This document shows, piece after piece, positions 40,311 to 50,631 of a stretch of 64,000 nt of DNA. The DNA comes from Candidatus Zhuqueibacterota bacterium (GTDB lineage Bacteria; Zhuqueibacterota; Zhuqueibacteria; Thermofontimicrobiales; Thermofontimicrobiaceae), in assembly GCA_049322915.1 (NCBI GenBank), contig JBMOPW010000010.1:32001-96000 (forward strand), written 5' to 3'. Position 1 is the first letter of the stretch, and every line of letters starts with the position of its first letter. Below the pieces are notes generated by a model. The model had not been told where the DNA came from. It saw only the letters and a list, made by a program, of their open reading frames with translations, and made no database searches. The position numbers were made by a program, and so were the translations under genes.

Positions 40311-40471
40311 CCTGCATTATTCATAGTATTTTTAAAGGAGGCTGGCTAACCTGAATGGTGCTCTTTTTAGAATAAACGTACAATAACTGAGTTTCAAAAT
40401 AGCTTAGTTTTTAGCTAGTTGAAAATCTGAATGTTGACTCAAATTCTGAGCAAGTTCATGAATAATTCAGG
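40311..40471 (+). mobile_element. 161-bp MITE, copy 2
   Basis: Same TIRs; perfect 4-bp flanking duplication ATAG/ATAG; 6 substitutions relative to copy 1. Confidence 0.88.
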
Positions 40472-40483
40472 ATAGGGAGGTTT

Positions 40484-43400
40484 GTGATGAAAAAAGCGAT
40501 TATCGGATTGGCGCTTTGTCTGTGGTTCGGGGGATTTGTCGTTGCTCAGGAGCAGGATATCCTGTTCTCGGATAATTTTGAATCGTACGTAAATGGCGGA
40601 ACCGGAGCGCCGGTCTGGAACATCACGAAAGGATTCTGGCAAATTGAAGGGGCGACGTATTTCCAGAAATCCGTGGACTATGATTGCGGCGCGCTGCTCG
40701 ATCTGTACCTGGATTCGTCCGTTGAAATGTCTGTCGATTTCAAAGTCGTTGCCGGCGAACCGGGCGCGGGTTTCTTCTTCCACTCCCTGGGACACGGGTC
40801 CACCGAATTTTCCCACATGCTCCGCTTCGAATCCGACCGAACCATGCTGGTCGGCTATTTCATGTCCGGCGGCTACGAACCCACTCGCAGCGTGCGTTTG
40901 ACTCCCCAGCAGTTCACTGGTGCATGGCATACGCTTCAGGTGAAAATCGATCTGGACAACGATTCCTACACGGTGACATTGGACGGCAGTTGGATCGCCA
41001 CCGAGCCACTGGTATTCCGCGCCGGGTATTGCGGCCTGCAATCATCAGGGGGCAAGGTTCAATTCGACAATTTCAAACTGGTCACATTGCCGACGCAGAA
41101 AAAATCATTGGCTCTGAATTGGGTGCACAAGTTCATCATTGATGCCGATAAAAATATCGTTGCGCCTAATCCCAGCCGCGGCGCTGTGCATCGACTCAAT
41201 TGGCAGGGACAGGCCACCGCCACTTTTGGCGTGCCGATTGACGAGAGAGGTCAGTTGGACAGGCCGGTTTCCGTTGCGCAACTCAGCAATCGCGATTATG
41301 TCGTGTGCGACGCCGGGTTGCATCGCATCCATGTCTTCGATAAAAAGGGAAATTGGAAGAACTCGGCCGGATATGCCGGCGCCGGCGACGGACAGCTCAA
41401 CAATCCGCAGGACGTCTGCGTTGACGGCGCGGATAATATTCTTGTCGCCGATTCGGAAAACAATCGCATTGCGGTGTGGGACGGGGCGTTGCAGTTCAAA
41501 ACGGTCTTTGGAAAAGATCGCCTCGGTCAACCTTCGGCAATTGCCTGGCTTGACGGAAAAGTTTATGTGCTCAATGCCGGGCTCAATCGCGTGGAAATTT
41601 TCACGACGGAAAATGGTCGCTATGTCTGGTTGAGCGGGTTCGATTTCGGTGTAGGCCAGGGCCGCGATATCCTCGTTGTGGCTGATAAAATTTATGTGTC
41701 CGTGGGAAATTCGGTGCGTCTGTTCGATGCATTTGGCAATCGCAAGACTGAATTTAACGGCGCGTCCATCTCTGGCATCATGCCATTCGGTCTGGCGTTG
41801 GATCAGGAAAATCAGGTGTGCATCGCGGATTTCAAGAACAGCCGCATCCTGGTCGAGGACGCTGAGCTTTCGGACCCGCGTCCCATCGTGTCCTTTCCCT
41901 CAAAGAGCGCTGCGAAAATAGAGATGTTCTCCGCAAGGGAAGAGAAGGTCGCCATCCGCGTGGTGGCCGGGGAAACGCCGATCTTTGAGAAGACCAGTTC
42001 CTCCGGGTACAAGCACCAGTTCGATCTGAGCGATCTCACTCCTTCGACTGTTTATCACTATCAATTCCAGCCCACAATTCGTACCATTCCTCCGCAGTCG
42101 GGATTCTCCAAAAAGTATGCATTTATCACGCCGCCGGCTGAAGGCAAAAAGCACTTCCGGCAATTGCCGCTGGCGACGATCATTTTCACCAATGTGCTGG
42201 ATACAGCTGCGGTCCGGCCATCCTGGCCGGAGATGCCCAACCTGCCGAAGATGGAACTCATTCGGATCAAATCGGAAATTCTGGATGGCATCCGGTTTTA
42301 CTGGGTGAATTCCGGCATGAATTTGTTCCTCGACAATGAGGTCATCGTGGTGGATGAAAAATTGTTCCGCCATGAGATTTTTGGCAGCGACTGGTGGTAT
42401 CCGCCTCTGGAATCTCGAATCGAAAATGTGATGAAGGATGCGGGAAAACAGCTTTCTGATTACGTGGGGATTCTGTATCTGGGCTGTGTGCGCGATTACA
42501 ATGAAAAGTCAGGCGAGTTCGAACTGCGCGGCCGCGGCGGTGGCTTCACCGCCGGCTATGGCGCGAACAATCGTTACGGGTTATCGTACTGGGAGGTCAC
42601 CCGGGCGCATCATAATTCCCAGAATAACTGGCTGATGGTTCACGAATTTCATCATCAATTGGATGAATTGTTCATGCACAGCGGCTACCCGGAATACTGG
42701 TTCTGTCACTTCTCACCCACAATCAATACCGCGGACGACTTCGGCGAGCATTTCGATGGCAACGCCTGGATACTCAGGAACTGGCCCAATGCCAATTGGT
42801 ATGATTTAAAATTTGGCAGCCTCATGTCCGCCGAGGATGCGGATATGGACGGCATTCCTGATGATGCTCCCGGGCTGCCGCTGGATGAAAAACGACTGCA
42901 GAGCAGTTCGCGTTTCGCGGATTCCGACGGCGATGGCGTGGACGATCTGGGCGAGGTGGTTTCCACCAATTGGATCGTGGAAGGGTGCGGCGAAAATTAT
43001 GGCGGTGCGGCGCTGTTCCCCAATCTGTTGAATCCGGACACGGACGGCGATGGCAAGCTCGACAATGAGGATTCGTATCCGCTGTATCCTTTCGAGCCAA
43101 AAATCTATTTCAGCGACCCGGACGCCCGGCCTGAAAATGCCGGTGACATGGCTGGCGTTAATTTTTTCGCGCGATTGGTGGACAATCGGATTCACGCCAA
43201 TGTCTATGCCCGTTGGGATACATCGCGTCTTTCGTTCATGTTTGAAACTGACCGGCTGGCTCCAATCAAATTGATGGTTGATGCTGACGCGAACGGCTGG
43301 TTCATTGGCCGGGATAATTTTCTCGTTCAGCTTCGTCCCGCATCGGATCTGACGCTGAAAACCACCCTTCAAATCAATAATTGTTCTGACCCGAAAAAAT

Positions 43401-43654
43401 GGCCTTTTCACGATGACTCCCTTGCGCGTACCGTGGATCTGACGGCGACCGTGACAAAGGTGAAAGAAAATTACCTGATCCGCGTGACGATTCCCCGCAA
43501 TCGCAATCTGGGGCTGAATCTGGAACAGGGAGAGAGAATTGGCGTCAACATCGGTTATTCGGTTTTTATGGATGCTCAGGGTCATCAGAAATACATCACA
43601 ATTTTCGAACCGAACCGGTTTTTTGATGTCGATTTGGCCGTTCGCGGACAATAA
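40484..43654 (+). CDS. Large secreted multidomain protein: beta-sandwich, NHL repeats, HExxH motif, DxDxDG repeats
   Basis: Signal peptide; NHL repeats (GQLDRPVSVA, GQLNNPQDV..D...NILVADSENNRI); HEFHH at 42641-42655; DADMDGIPD, DSDGDGVDD, DTDGDGKLD. Confidence 0.8.
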   Translation: MMKKAIIGLALCLWFGGFVVAQEQDILFSDNFESYVNGGTGAPVWNITKGFWQIEGATYFQKSVDYDCGALLDLYLDSSVEMSVDFKVVAGEPGAGFFFHSLGHGSTEFSHMLRFESDRTMLVGYFMSGGYEPTRSVRLTPQQFTGAWHTLQVKIDLDNDSYTVTLDGSWIATEPLVFRAGYCGLQSSGGKVQFDNFKLVTLPTQKKSLALNWVHKFIIDADKNIVAPNPSRGAVHRLNWQGQATATFGVPIDERGQLDRPVSVAQLSNRDYVVCDAGLHRIHVFDKKGNWKNSAGYAGAGDGQLNNPQDVCVDGADNILVADSENNRIAVWDGALQFKTVFGKDRLGQPSAIAWLDGKVYVLNAGLNRVEIFTTENGRYVWLSGFDFGVGQGRDILVVADKIYVSVGNSVRLFDAFGNRKTEFNGASISGIMPFGLALDQENQVCIADFKNSRILVEDAELSDPRPIVSFPSKSAAKIEMFSAREEKVAIRVVAGETPIFEKTSSSGYKHQFDLSDLTPSTVYHYQFQPTIRTIPPQSGFSKKYAFITPPAEGKKHFRQLPLATIIFTNVLDTAAVRPSWPEMPNLPKMELIRIKSEILDGIRFYWVNSGMNLFLDNEVIVVDEKLFRHEIFGSDWWYPPLESRIENVMKDAGKQLSDYVGILYLGCVRDYNEKSGEFELRGRGGGFTAGYGANNRYGLSYWEVTRAHHNSQNNWLMVHEFHHQLDELFMHSGYPEYWFCHFSPTINTADDFGEHFDGNAWILRNWPNANWYDLKFGSLMSAEDADMDGIPDDAPGLPLDEKRLQSSSRFADSDGDGVDDLGEVVSTNWIVEGCGENYGGAALFPNLLNPDTDGDGKLDNEDSYPLYPFEPKIYFSDPDARPENAGDMAGVNFFARLVDNRIHANVYARWDTSRLSFMFETDRLAPIKLMVDADANGWFIGRDNFLVQLRPASDLTLKTTLQINNCSDPKKWPFHDDSLARTVDLTATVTKVKENYLIRVTIPRNRNLGLNLEQGERIGVNIGYSVFMDAQGHQKYITIFEPNRFFDVDLAVRGQ

Positions 43655-43811
43655 AATATTCCACTCAGGTGACCATGCTGAAGCATGGCGCTTGTTTAAA
43701 ATTGTACCAGCACTACGATTTATCGTGGCGTTCAAAAATCAAACAGCTTGCTAACCAGCCGCTTTAGCGGCCTCTGGAATACATGAACTGAGTCGTTACA
43801 AATATTCAATC

Positions 43812-45044
43812 GTGGAGAAAATACCCGTGCGAAAAATATGCCTCCTGTTCAGCATGGCGTGCGTTATATTTCCGTCAATCACTCTGGCACAGGAAGAATG
43901 CACCGTGGCCGTTGTCTCGGGAAAGGCCACTATCGATGGCCGGCCCCTGCTCTGGAAAAATCGCGATACCAGTTTTTTGAACAATGAAGTCGCTTTCTTT
44001 GACGATAGCCGGATTCCTTTCATCGGCGTGATCAATGCCGGCGACCGCTCGCAGGTCTGGATGGGCGTGAACGCCGCCGGCTTTGCGATCATGAATTCGG
44101 AGTCCCAGGATCTGGAGGGCGACACGCTGGACGCTGAAGGGTATTTCATGAAACAGGCGCTCGGCGAGTGCGCTTCGGTTGCAGCGTTCGAACAGCTCCT
44201 CCTTCGGACCAATCAAACCGACCGCAACACCAAAGCGAATTTCGGCGTGATTGATTCGACCGGGGCCGCGATGATTTATGAGACCGGCAATACCACATTC
44301 ACCAAATTCGACGCCAATGACTCGGCGACAACGCCATTGGGATTCATTGCCAGAGCCAATTTCGCCAAAACAGGGACAGGGAAAGGCTATGGCCATATTC
44401 GCTATCAACGCGCCAATGAACTGTTCGAAAAACTCATCGCTGAAAACAGGCTGAGCCACGAAACCCTGCTCACCGGCATCGCCCGCGATTTGAAAAACGA
44501 TAAAACCGATCCCTATCCGCTGCCGTTCGCCGGCAGTGAAGACGGCCATCCGAAGGGCTGCATCAAAACGCACGATTCCATCAACCGTTTCCGAACCGCC
44601 TCCTGCGCGGTGTTTCATGGCGTGCTGCCCGGGGAGTCTGCGGCGCTGACGACGCTGTGGCTGATCCTGGGAGAACCTGTGTGCGGTGTGGCCATTCCGC
44701 TCTGGGCGGCGGCTGGTACAGTCCCGCCAGCGCTGGATGGGGAGGACACTGCGCTGTTGAATGAGGCGATTCAGCGAAATGAGCGGATCGTCTATCCGGA
44801 TACTTCGATGAAAAATTACCTGAACACGACCATGCTCATGGCAGACGACTGGAAAAATGCGCTGCCGGCGCTGATTGCATTTGAAGAGGATGTTTTTCAA
44901 AAAACGCAGGCTATGGTGAAGCGATGGAGGAAGCGCGCTCCCAAACCGACTGAGGTGTTCGGGTACGAACAACGCGTTGCGACAGAAGTGATGCAGAGGT
45001 TGAGCAATCCCGGCCCGTCTCAGAACTCGCATGGAATGAAATAA
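43812..45044 (+). CDS. Secreted Ntn-hydrolase (peptidase C45/C69-like)
   Basis: Signal peptide followed by an N-terminal nucleophile Cys: CTVAVVSGKATIDGRPLLWKNRD; GVN..GFAIMN; ANFGVID. Confidence 0.8.
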   Translation: MEKIPVRKICLLFSMACVIFPSITLAQEECTVAVVSGKATIDGRPLLWKNRDTSFLNNEVAFFDDSRIPFIGVINAGDRSQVWMGVNAAGFAIMNSESQDLEGDTLDAEGYFMKQALGECASVAAFEQLLLRTNQTDRNTKANFGVIDSTGAAMIYETGNTTFTKFDANDSATTPLGFIARANFAKTGTGKGYGHIRYQRANELFEKLIAENRLSHETLLTGIARDLKNDKTDPYPLPFAGSEDGHPKGCIKTHDSINRFRTASCAVFHGVLPGESAALTTLWLILGEPVCGVAIPLWAAAGTVPPALDGEDTALLNEAIQRNERIVYPDTSMKNYLNTTMLMADDWKNALPALIAFEEDVFQKTQAMVKRWRKRAPKPTEVFGYEQRVATEVMQRLSNPGPSQNSHGMK

Positions 45045-45138
45045 AAATCTCCGCGATTCAATGCCCGCATTCGGAAAGTGAACGGACTGCGGGTGATGAT
45101 TTCGCCGGAAGGCAGCCCCTCACCGCCTGTCCCGGCAT

Positions 45139-45996
45139 TTACGAATTGGCGATGGCCACGTCCAGAATCCCATTATCCAACACCACCCTTGAAAAACCAC
45201 TCTCCCCGTTGCTTGCTGTCAGTTTGAACCGGTCTTTGATATCGTCCGGCGCATTGGCGACAAGATAGCTGTGTTCGGCCCAGCATAGCAAATCCAGGTC
45301 ATTGTAATCGTTGCCGACAGCCAGGACATGATTCTTCCTGATCTGCAGTCGGCGGCAGAGCCATTGCGCCGCCCTGGCTTTGGACACTGTGGCCGGGAAG
45401 ATTTCCACCCACATGGTTTTCCTGTCCAGCGGCGACGTGGCGCGGATGACCTTGAAATCAACCAGGTCTTTTTTCATTTGGTCGAGCAAGTGTATCTCTT
45501 TGGGGATGATGGTGATGAACTGACTGGCAGGCCCAAATTTAGCGAGGTGGGAATTGAGGGGCGCTGCATACTCGCTGTACAATTCCACGCGCTGCGTGAA
45601 GTCCGGGTTGTGCGCGCCGCTGTAATGGTACAGAAAATGATGGCTGTCCGGCAGTGGTTTGTGAATCATAAAATCAATGTTATTCCTGATGAGATAATTG
45701 CTGATCTCAATCACTTGTTCCGCAGGAATTTCGTGGCGAAACAGCAGCTCCTTCTCGGCCCAGTGGATCAATCCTGCGCCGGAGGCGAAGATCAGGTAAT
45801 CGATGGGAAAATTTGGCGTCAGCACCTTCTTCGCTGAAAAATAATTCCGACCCGTGGCAATGACGCGCACGATCCCGCTGCGCTCCAGCCGTTCGAGCGT
45901 ACGCCAGTCCATCTCGCTCACCTGCTGCGCGTCATCCAGCAGTGTGCCGTCCAGGTCAGTCACCACCATTTTTAAATTCTGTATTGTCATTTTCAA
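45139..45996 (-). CDS. Cof-type HAD hydrolase
   Basis: TDLDGTLL, IATGR, VSKA, VGNDYNDLDLL. Confidence 0.92.
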   Translation of the reverse strand: MKMTIQNLKMVVTDLDGTLLDDAQQVSEMDWRTLERLERSGIVRVIATGRNYFSAKKVLTPNFPIDYLIFASGAGLIHWAEKELLFRHEIPAEQVIEISNYLIRNNIDFMIHKPLPDSHHFLYHYSGAHNPDFTQRVELYSEYAAPLNSHLAKFGPASQFITIIPKEIHLLDQMKKDLVDFKVIRATSPLDRKTMWVEIFPATVSKARAAQWLCRRLQIRKNHVLAVGNDYNDLDLLCWAEHSYLVANAPDDIKDRFKLTASNGESGFSRVVLDNGILDVAIANS

Positions 45997-46105
45997 TTTA
46001 TGTGTTTGAACACGTCTTCGTTTTGAGTCAAAGCGAAAATCCCCATTGTCAGCGCTGTCGCTGCCGGTTCATCGGCGAGCGCAATACCTTCGAAAATGTC
46101 CGCGC

Positions 46106-47344
46106 TCATCCAACCATATCGATGGCGATGAGGCATGCCAGCCGGGCGAAATCCACCAACTGCTGAATTTCAACGGATTCATTGGCCACGTGAAACGCAT
46201 TATCATCGCCGGGGCCCCAGCCGACCGCCAGAATGCCGTGCAGATTCAGGCTCTTGGCATAGGTGCTGCCGCCCATGCCGTACGCTTCGGGCCAAAAATG
46301 CAGCGCATCCAGGGTATTGGACTGGATCACCGCAACCAGCGCATTCTCCGGGTCGATGCTGTGAGGCTCGCTCCAGGCCATCACGTCAAATGTAAAATTC
46401 CCGTCCTGAATGGTTTCGGCGCAGCGTTTCAACTGGCGGAGAATGGACTCTCTCGTCATCCCGGGCACTGTGCGAATATCGAGGTAGATGCTGCATGCGC
46501 CCGGCACGATATTCGGAGCAGCGCCTCCATGAATTTCACCCAAATTCAGCGAGGGCTGTTTCAGCACCGGATGAACCTGGTATTCCAATTTCAGCGACTC
46601 AATTTCAGTCACCAGCCGCGCCATCATGTACACCGCATTGACGCCTTTCTCCGGCGTGGAGCCGTGGGCCTGCTTGCCGATGGCCGTTATCTTGATCACC
46701 GTCCGTCCCTTCTCCGCAATGTCGATGGCTTTCATATTCTCGCCAATATCCGGAATAATGGCGTGCGTGGGACGGATCAGCTTTTCTTTGAGCAAATACC
46801 CAATGCCGTAATCGACGCCGTCCGGGTCGGATGCCTCCTCGTCCGCCAGAGCGGCCAACTGTAATTCGCCGCGCAACGATTCCCCCAGGCCCAATTTCTG
46901 AAGCACGTCGCCGGCGACCAGAATCGACGCCAGCGGGCCTTTATTATCCAGCACACCGCGGCCAATGAGCATGCCCTCCTTTTGAATTACCTCAAAAGGA
47001 TTGCTCTCCCACCCGTCGCCGGCCGGCACCACATCCATGTGCGCGGGCAGAAGAAGGCGCACGCCGGATTCATCCCGGCCGATTTTCCCGATGATATTGG
47101 GCCGGCCTTCCATTCGGGCGAACTCCTCGAAACCAATTCCCATCCGCTCAAATTCGCGCTTCACAATGGCAGCAACGCGATATTCTTCGCCGCGAATTTT
47201 GAGATAAGGGTGCTCCGGCAATTTTTCGGTGACCACATTCACCGTCTTCTCTTTGACCATTTCGGTCACCAGATCGATGATCCGGGTTGCTATCTCCGCG
47301 TGATGGCTCGAAAAATATGCATTGATGACAGACTTGGAATCCAT
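46106..47344 (-). CDS. M20 family metallopeptidase/deacylase (ArgE/DapE-like)
   Basis: HMDVVP, GRGVLDNKG, ADEE, GKQAHGSTP..GVNA, FHVANE. Confidence 0.92.
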   Translation of the reverse strand: MDSKSVINAYFSSHHAEIATRIIDLVTEMVKEKTVNVVTEKLPEHPYLKIRGEEYRVAAIVKREFERMGIGFEEFARMEGRPNIIGKIGRDESGVRLLLPAHMDVVPAGDGWESNPFEVIQKEGMLIGRGVLDNKGPLASILVAGDVLQKLGLGESLRGELQLAALADEEASDPDGVDYGIGYLLKEKLIRPTHAIIPDIGENMKAIDIAEKGRTVIKITAIGKQAHGSTPEKGVNAVYMMARLVTEIESLKLEYQVHPVLKQPSLNLGEIHGGAAPNIVPGACSIYLDIRTVPGMTRESILRQLKRCAETIQDGNFTFDVMAWSEPHSIDPENALVAVIQSNTLDALHFWPEAYGMGGSTYAKSLNLHGILAVGWGPGDDNAFHVANESVEIQQLVDFARLACLIAIDMVG

Positions 47345-47466
47345 GATAGCTCCTGTTTTTTTGAGAATTGTACGATGCCAGTGCGCGCTGGATTTTCATC
47401 CGGCGCGGCAGCCTGTCTGCCGTGAATCCCGGCGCAATCGACAGGCTGGCCGGAATGAACTTAGCC

Positions 47467-47910
47467 TTATTCCGATTGTTGCTTCCTTTGCTTCATCTTT
47501 CTGAATTCTTCGCGCTCGGTGCTGAGTTCCTTCAGCAGTTGGCTGAGCGTCCAATTTTCCGATGTCGGTGTGAGCGCCGCCCAGAGTTGCGACGGCAACT
47601 GAGTGGCGCGATAGCTGTTGATGAGCAGATTCAATTCCCGCTCGGTCACGCCTGCCATGATTGTCGCCCGCTCGAGCGCAGAGTCGACGCCGGCCCCGGT
47701 CGAAGAGGGAAGAGCGAGCAGGTCTTTCAGTATGGCATCGCTCAGCTCGTCCGCAACGAAAACCACGGGTATATCCGAGAATTGATGCTCATGCAGCATG
47801 GCCAGAAATCGCCCTTGCTCCGCGGTGGAGAAGCCGCAGACCAGCAATTTCCTGGGGCCATAAATGGTCGCCTCAGATTCCCCGACCTTTTTGAAACTGC
47901 CATTTTCCAT
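47467..47910 (-). CDS. DUF3783-like hypothetical protein
   Basis: GGAGGTG RBS before ATG 47910; C-terminal WAALTPTSENWTL..LLKEL..ERE. Confidence 0.65.
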   Translation of the reverse strand: MENGSFKKVGESEATIYGPRKLLVCGFSTAEQGRFLAMLHEHQFSDIPVVFVADELSDAILKDLLALPSSTGAGVDSALERATIMAGVTERELNLLINSYRATQLPSQLWAALTPTSENWTLSQLLKELSTEREEFRKMKQRKQQSE

Positions 47911-48015
47911 GATGTCACCTCCGTTGTGTGAAAATGCGCCGTCGGCAAATCGAAACGGCGGCGAAGTTGCCGCATGCGTTGATATCGCGAGTCGCGCGCA
48001 TCTCACGGCCTGGTC

Positions 48016-48044
48016 AATGTACAATTTTTTAATTCCAGAGTCAA
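48016..48044 (-). promoter_or_regulatory. Sigma70-type promoter
   Basis: TTGACT-17 nt-TACATT on the minus strand, upstream of 47910. Confidence 0.5.
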
Positions 48045-48165
48045 GGTTTTTGTAGGGCTGAAAAGAGGAAAAATCGGATTGATTTCATGAGCGGATTTTC
48101 ATCCTGCCGGAGTCATTGAAATGAAATGCACCCGGAGCGTCCTGGCGTCCGGGCTCGGACGTCGA

Positions 48166-48945
48166 TCAACGGGAACCGGCCGCGCCGCTGAACATGGAAT
48201 AGGTGAAAAAGGCGTAGTAGTCCGGGATGTTCAGGATGAAATCCGGGGACTCGGGATTGGTCAATTTGTGAAAGAGGGCCTGATCTGCCGACGAGAGCTC
48301 CGTCTCAGAGTTTTGCCAGCGCATGCGAAAAAGGGCGATCAGTCCGATTCGGAGCGTCTCGCTGAGCGGGGCATGAATTGTCCCGGCAAATGTGCGCACC
48401 GAGATATCTCCGAATCCGGCATCCTGAAATCGGCCGGCCAGTCGAAGCGGATGAGTGGCAGGGGACATCTCACGGCGGAACGGCGCCATGCCATCCCGTG
48501 TCGCGTTCAGGCGCGCTTCTAACAGGGGATAACCGGGAAAGAGTTGCTGCGATGACCAGAAGAGCACGGCCAGTGTGCCTCCCGGTTTGAGGACGCGGCG
48601 CAGTTCTCTCAGCGCCGGCAGTGGATTTTCCAGCCCGTATCCGACGCAATCGATGCTCAATGCCCAGTCGAAACTCGCATCGCGGAATGGCAGAGCGCTG
48701 ATCGAACCTGATTGGAAAGTCATTCGCCGGCTGAAATCGCTGGCGGCGTAGGCCTGTCGCGCGTAGTCGAGAAATTCAGCGGTGATGTCCAGCCCCGCCA
48801 CGACGCCGGAGTCGCCGATAGCCCGGGAGAGCATTCCCAGATGAAGCCCGATGCCGCAGCCGGCATCCAGTCCAACGCTGGCCGGGGGCAAATCCAGCGA
48901 GCGAATGGCCGAGTGGATGACCGATTCTCTGAGCTCGTGTGTCAC
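48166..48945 (-). CDS. Class I SAM-dependent methyltransferase
   Basis: LDAGCGIG, GLDI, LPFRDASFD, RVLKPGG. The true start may be further upstream (see findings). Confidence 0.9.
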   Translation of the reverse strand: MTHELRESVIHSAIRSLDLPPASVGLDAGCGIGLHLGMLSRAIGDSGVVAGLDITAEFLDYARQAYAASDFSRRMTFQSGSISALPFRDASFDWALSIDCVGYGLENPLPALRELRRVLKPGGTLAVLFWSSQQLFPGYPLLEARLNATRDGMAPFRREMSPATHPLRLAGRFQDAGFGDISVRTFAGTIHAPLSETLRIGLIALFRMRWQNSETELSSADQALFHKLTNPESPDFILNIPDYYAFFTYSMFSGAAGSR

Positions 48946-49025
48946 CTCGAGACTTCGAATGTAGTCCGCAGTGGTCTGGTTCTGAGAGACAGATTTTTTC
49001 CCGGGTTCGATGGGGATTGTTCCTT

Positions 49026-49898
49026 TTATCGCTTAAATTTGAAAACGCCATTTTTAAAAACAGGCTGACCGGCGCGATTGAATACCTCAAACCGAATTTC
49101 GGTCCGGCCCTGAGATTCAAATGCTTGTAAGCTGAGGGTATCGCCGGGGATGGTCGGCTTCCCGAAACGGCCGCTGATGCTCACCAATTGGTTGAGGTCA
49201 TCGTCCAGCAATTTTTTGGTCAGGCCGGCGCAGATCATGGCAGCCACACAAGCTCCGTGCAAAATGGTGCGCGGCAGCCCGGCCAGTTTTGCCAGCAGCG
49301 TGCTTGTGTGGATGAAATTATGATCCCCGGAAGCTTCGGCAAACAGCAGATTCTGGCCATCTTCCGTTGTAATATCCAGGGAAAATAAAGGATTCCCGGC
49401 AGGCGCCTGTTCCGCTCGTCTGGCCTCCGGACTCTTTTTGCTCCGCACGATGAAACCGGTTTTTCCCTCGATGATGCGCTGGCCGCTGCGCCAGCCAATT
49501 TCAGAAATTTCGAGCAACTCCCCGACCGGCGTCTCGGTTATCCCGATGATTTCGATGACCATCTTCAATGCGTCATTCGGTCGTATGGGCTGATGCCAGA
49601 CAATTTCCTGGCTGGCGTACACAGCGCGCAGGATGTTCAGCCCCAGGGCCGGATGGCACCACAAATCTTTGATCATGGGAAAGATCAGTTTTGACAGGAA
49701 AAAAGGCGGTGCAACCGGATTCGCCGCGCCGTAGCCTGGATTTTCATCCCTTGTTGCCCGGGCGAACCGCAAAATCTCCTCGTGAGAGATCGGCGCCAGA
49801 TTCGATTCGAACGTCGATCCGATCATGCTGCGATTCATGCGCTGGCTGTTCCTGTTTCGCAGTAATGCTGTCAGCAATTTCCAGTCGATGGTTGTCAT
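49026..49898 (-). CDS. MaoC-family double hot-dog dehydratase
   Basis: RFARATRDENP in the N-terminal fold; FAEASGDHNFIH and ILHG hydratase motif in the C-terminal fold. ATG 49898. Confidence 0.85.
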   Translation of the reverse strand: MTTIDWKLLTALLRNRNSQRMNRSMIGSTFESNLAPISHEEILRFARATRDENPGYGAANPVAPPFFLSKLIFPMIKDLWCHPALGLNILRAVYASQEIVWHQPIRPNDALKMVIEIIGITETPVGELLEISEIGWRSGQRIIEGKTGFIVRSKKSPEARRAEQAPAGNPLFSLDITTEDGQNLLFAEASGDHNFIHTSTLLAKLAGLPRTILHGACVAAMICAGLTKKLLDDDLNQLVSISGRFGKPTIPGDTLSLQAFESQGRTEIRFEVFNRAGQPVFKNGVFKFKR

Positions 49899-50106
49899 GA
49901 GTGTGCCCCTGTTCAATGTTCGGTTGAGTGTAATAGCCGCTGTCTGAGTCAGGAAAAAATGCAACGCCGCGCTTGCTGAACGAGAAAATCACGCGCGTTC
50001 TCCATCGTTTCACGGAAGGAAATGGCCATTGCTCACGCCTCAGCGCCCGATGGTATCGTCTCGCCTCCGAGTCCGGAAAAGCTCCTGGCGCTGTCTGACA
50101 GCGATG

Positions 50107-50475
50107 TTACTTTCCGTTTTGTTCGCCGTATCCGCGACGGACGCAGCGGCAGAATCCGTGGTAGATGGCGCAAATGCCACCGAAGATGGAAAACAGCCCC
50201 CAGAACAAGGGGCGAAAGAAAATGTGCATCAGCGTGGGCTGCGAAGACGGCAGCAGATAAATGCCCCATGTCGTCAAAAGACAGCCCATGAAGATGCAGG
50301 TATGCCCGAAGACCACCATACTGGCGCGACCCGGGCGAAAACCGAGATAGATGAGCGACATCCCGATAGTCGCGAGAATGATGGCGCCCAGCCAAAGGTT
50401 TTGCACGGCGAAAATGATGCCGAACGCAATCAGAGCAATTCCTAAACTGATGGTAATGTGTTGTCTTTTCATCAT
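50107..50475 (-). CDS. Small membrane protein (about 4 TM)
   Basis: Four hydrophobic segments after MMKRQH; C-terminal HGFCRC. Confidence 0.65.
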   Translation of the reverse strand: MMKRQHITISLGIALIAFGIIFAVQNLWLGAIILATIGMSLIYLGFRPGRASMVVFGHTCIFMGCLLTTWGIYLLPSSQPTLMHIFFRPLFWGLFSIFGGICAIYHGFCRCVRRGYGEQNGK

Positions 50476-50631
50476 AGTAAGCGGATTGACGGTCCATTTT
50501 AAAAAGTGAGTCCGGTTGTGCGCAGCGTGGCAACCGTGCGCCGCCCTTGGCAATGGCGTTTGATTGTTGTCCGGCACTCATTGGAATTCAGGTGCAAAGA
50601 TACAAAATGATCGGAACAGTTCAAAGCGAAA

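Noticed and set aside
39365..40471. Direct repeats considered as a CRISPR array
   Set aside because: The repeats are 161 bp, few, separated by a whole gene, and have TIRs and target duplications; no cas genes are present.
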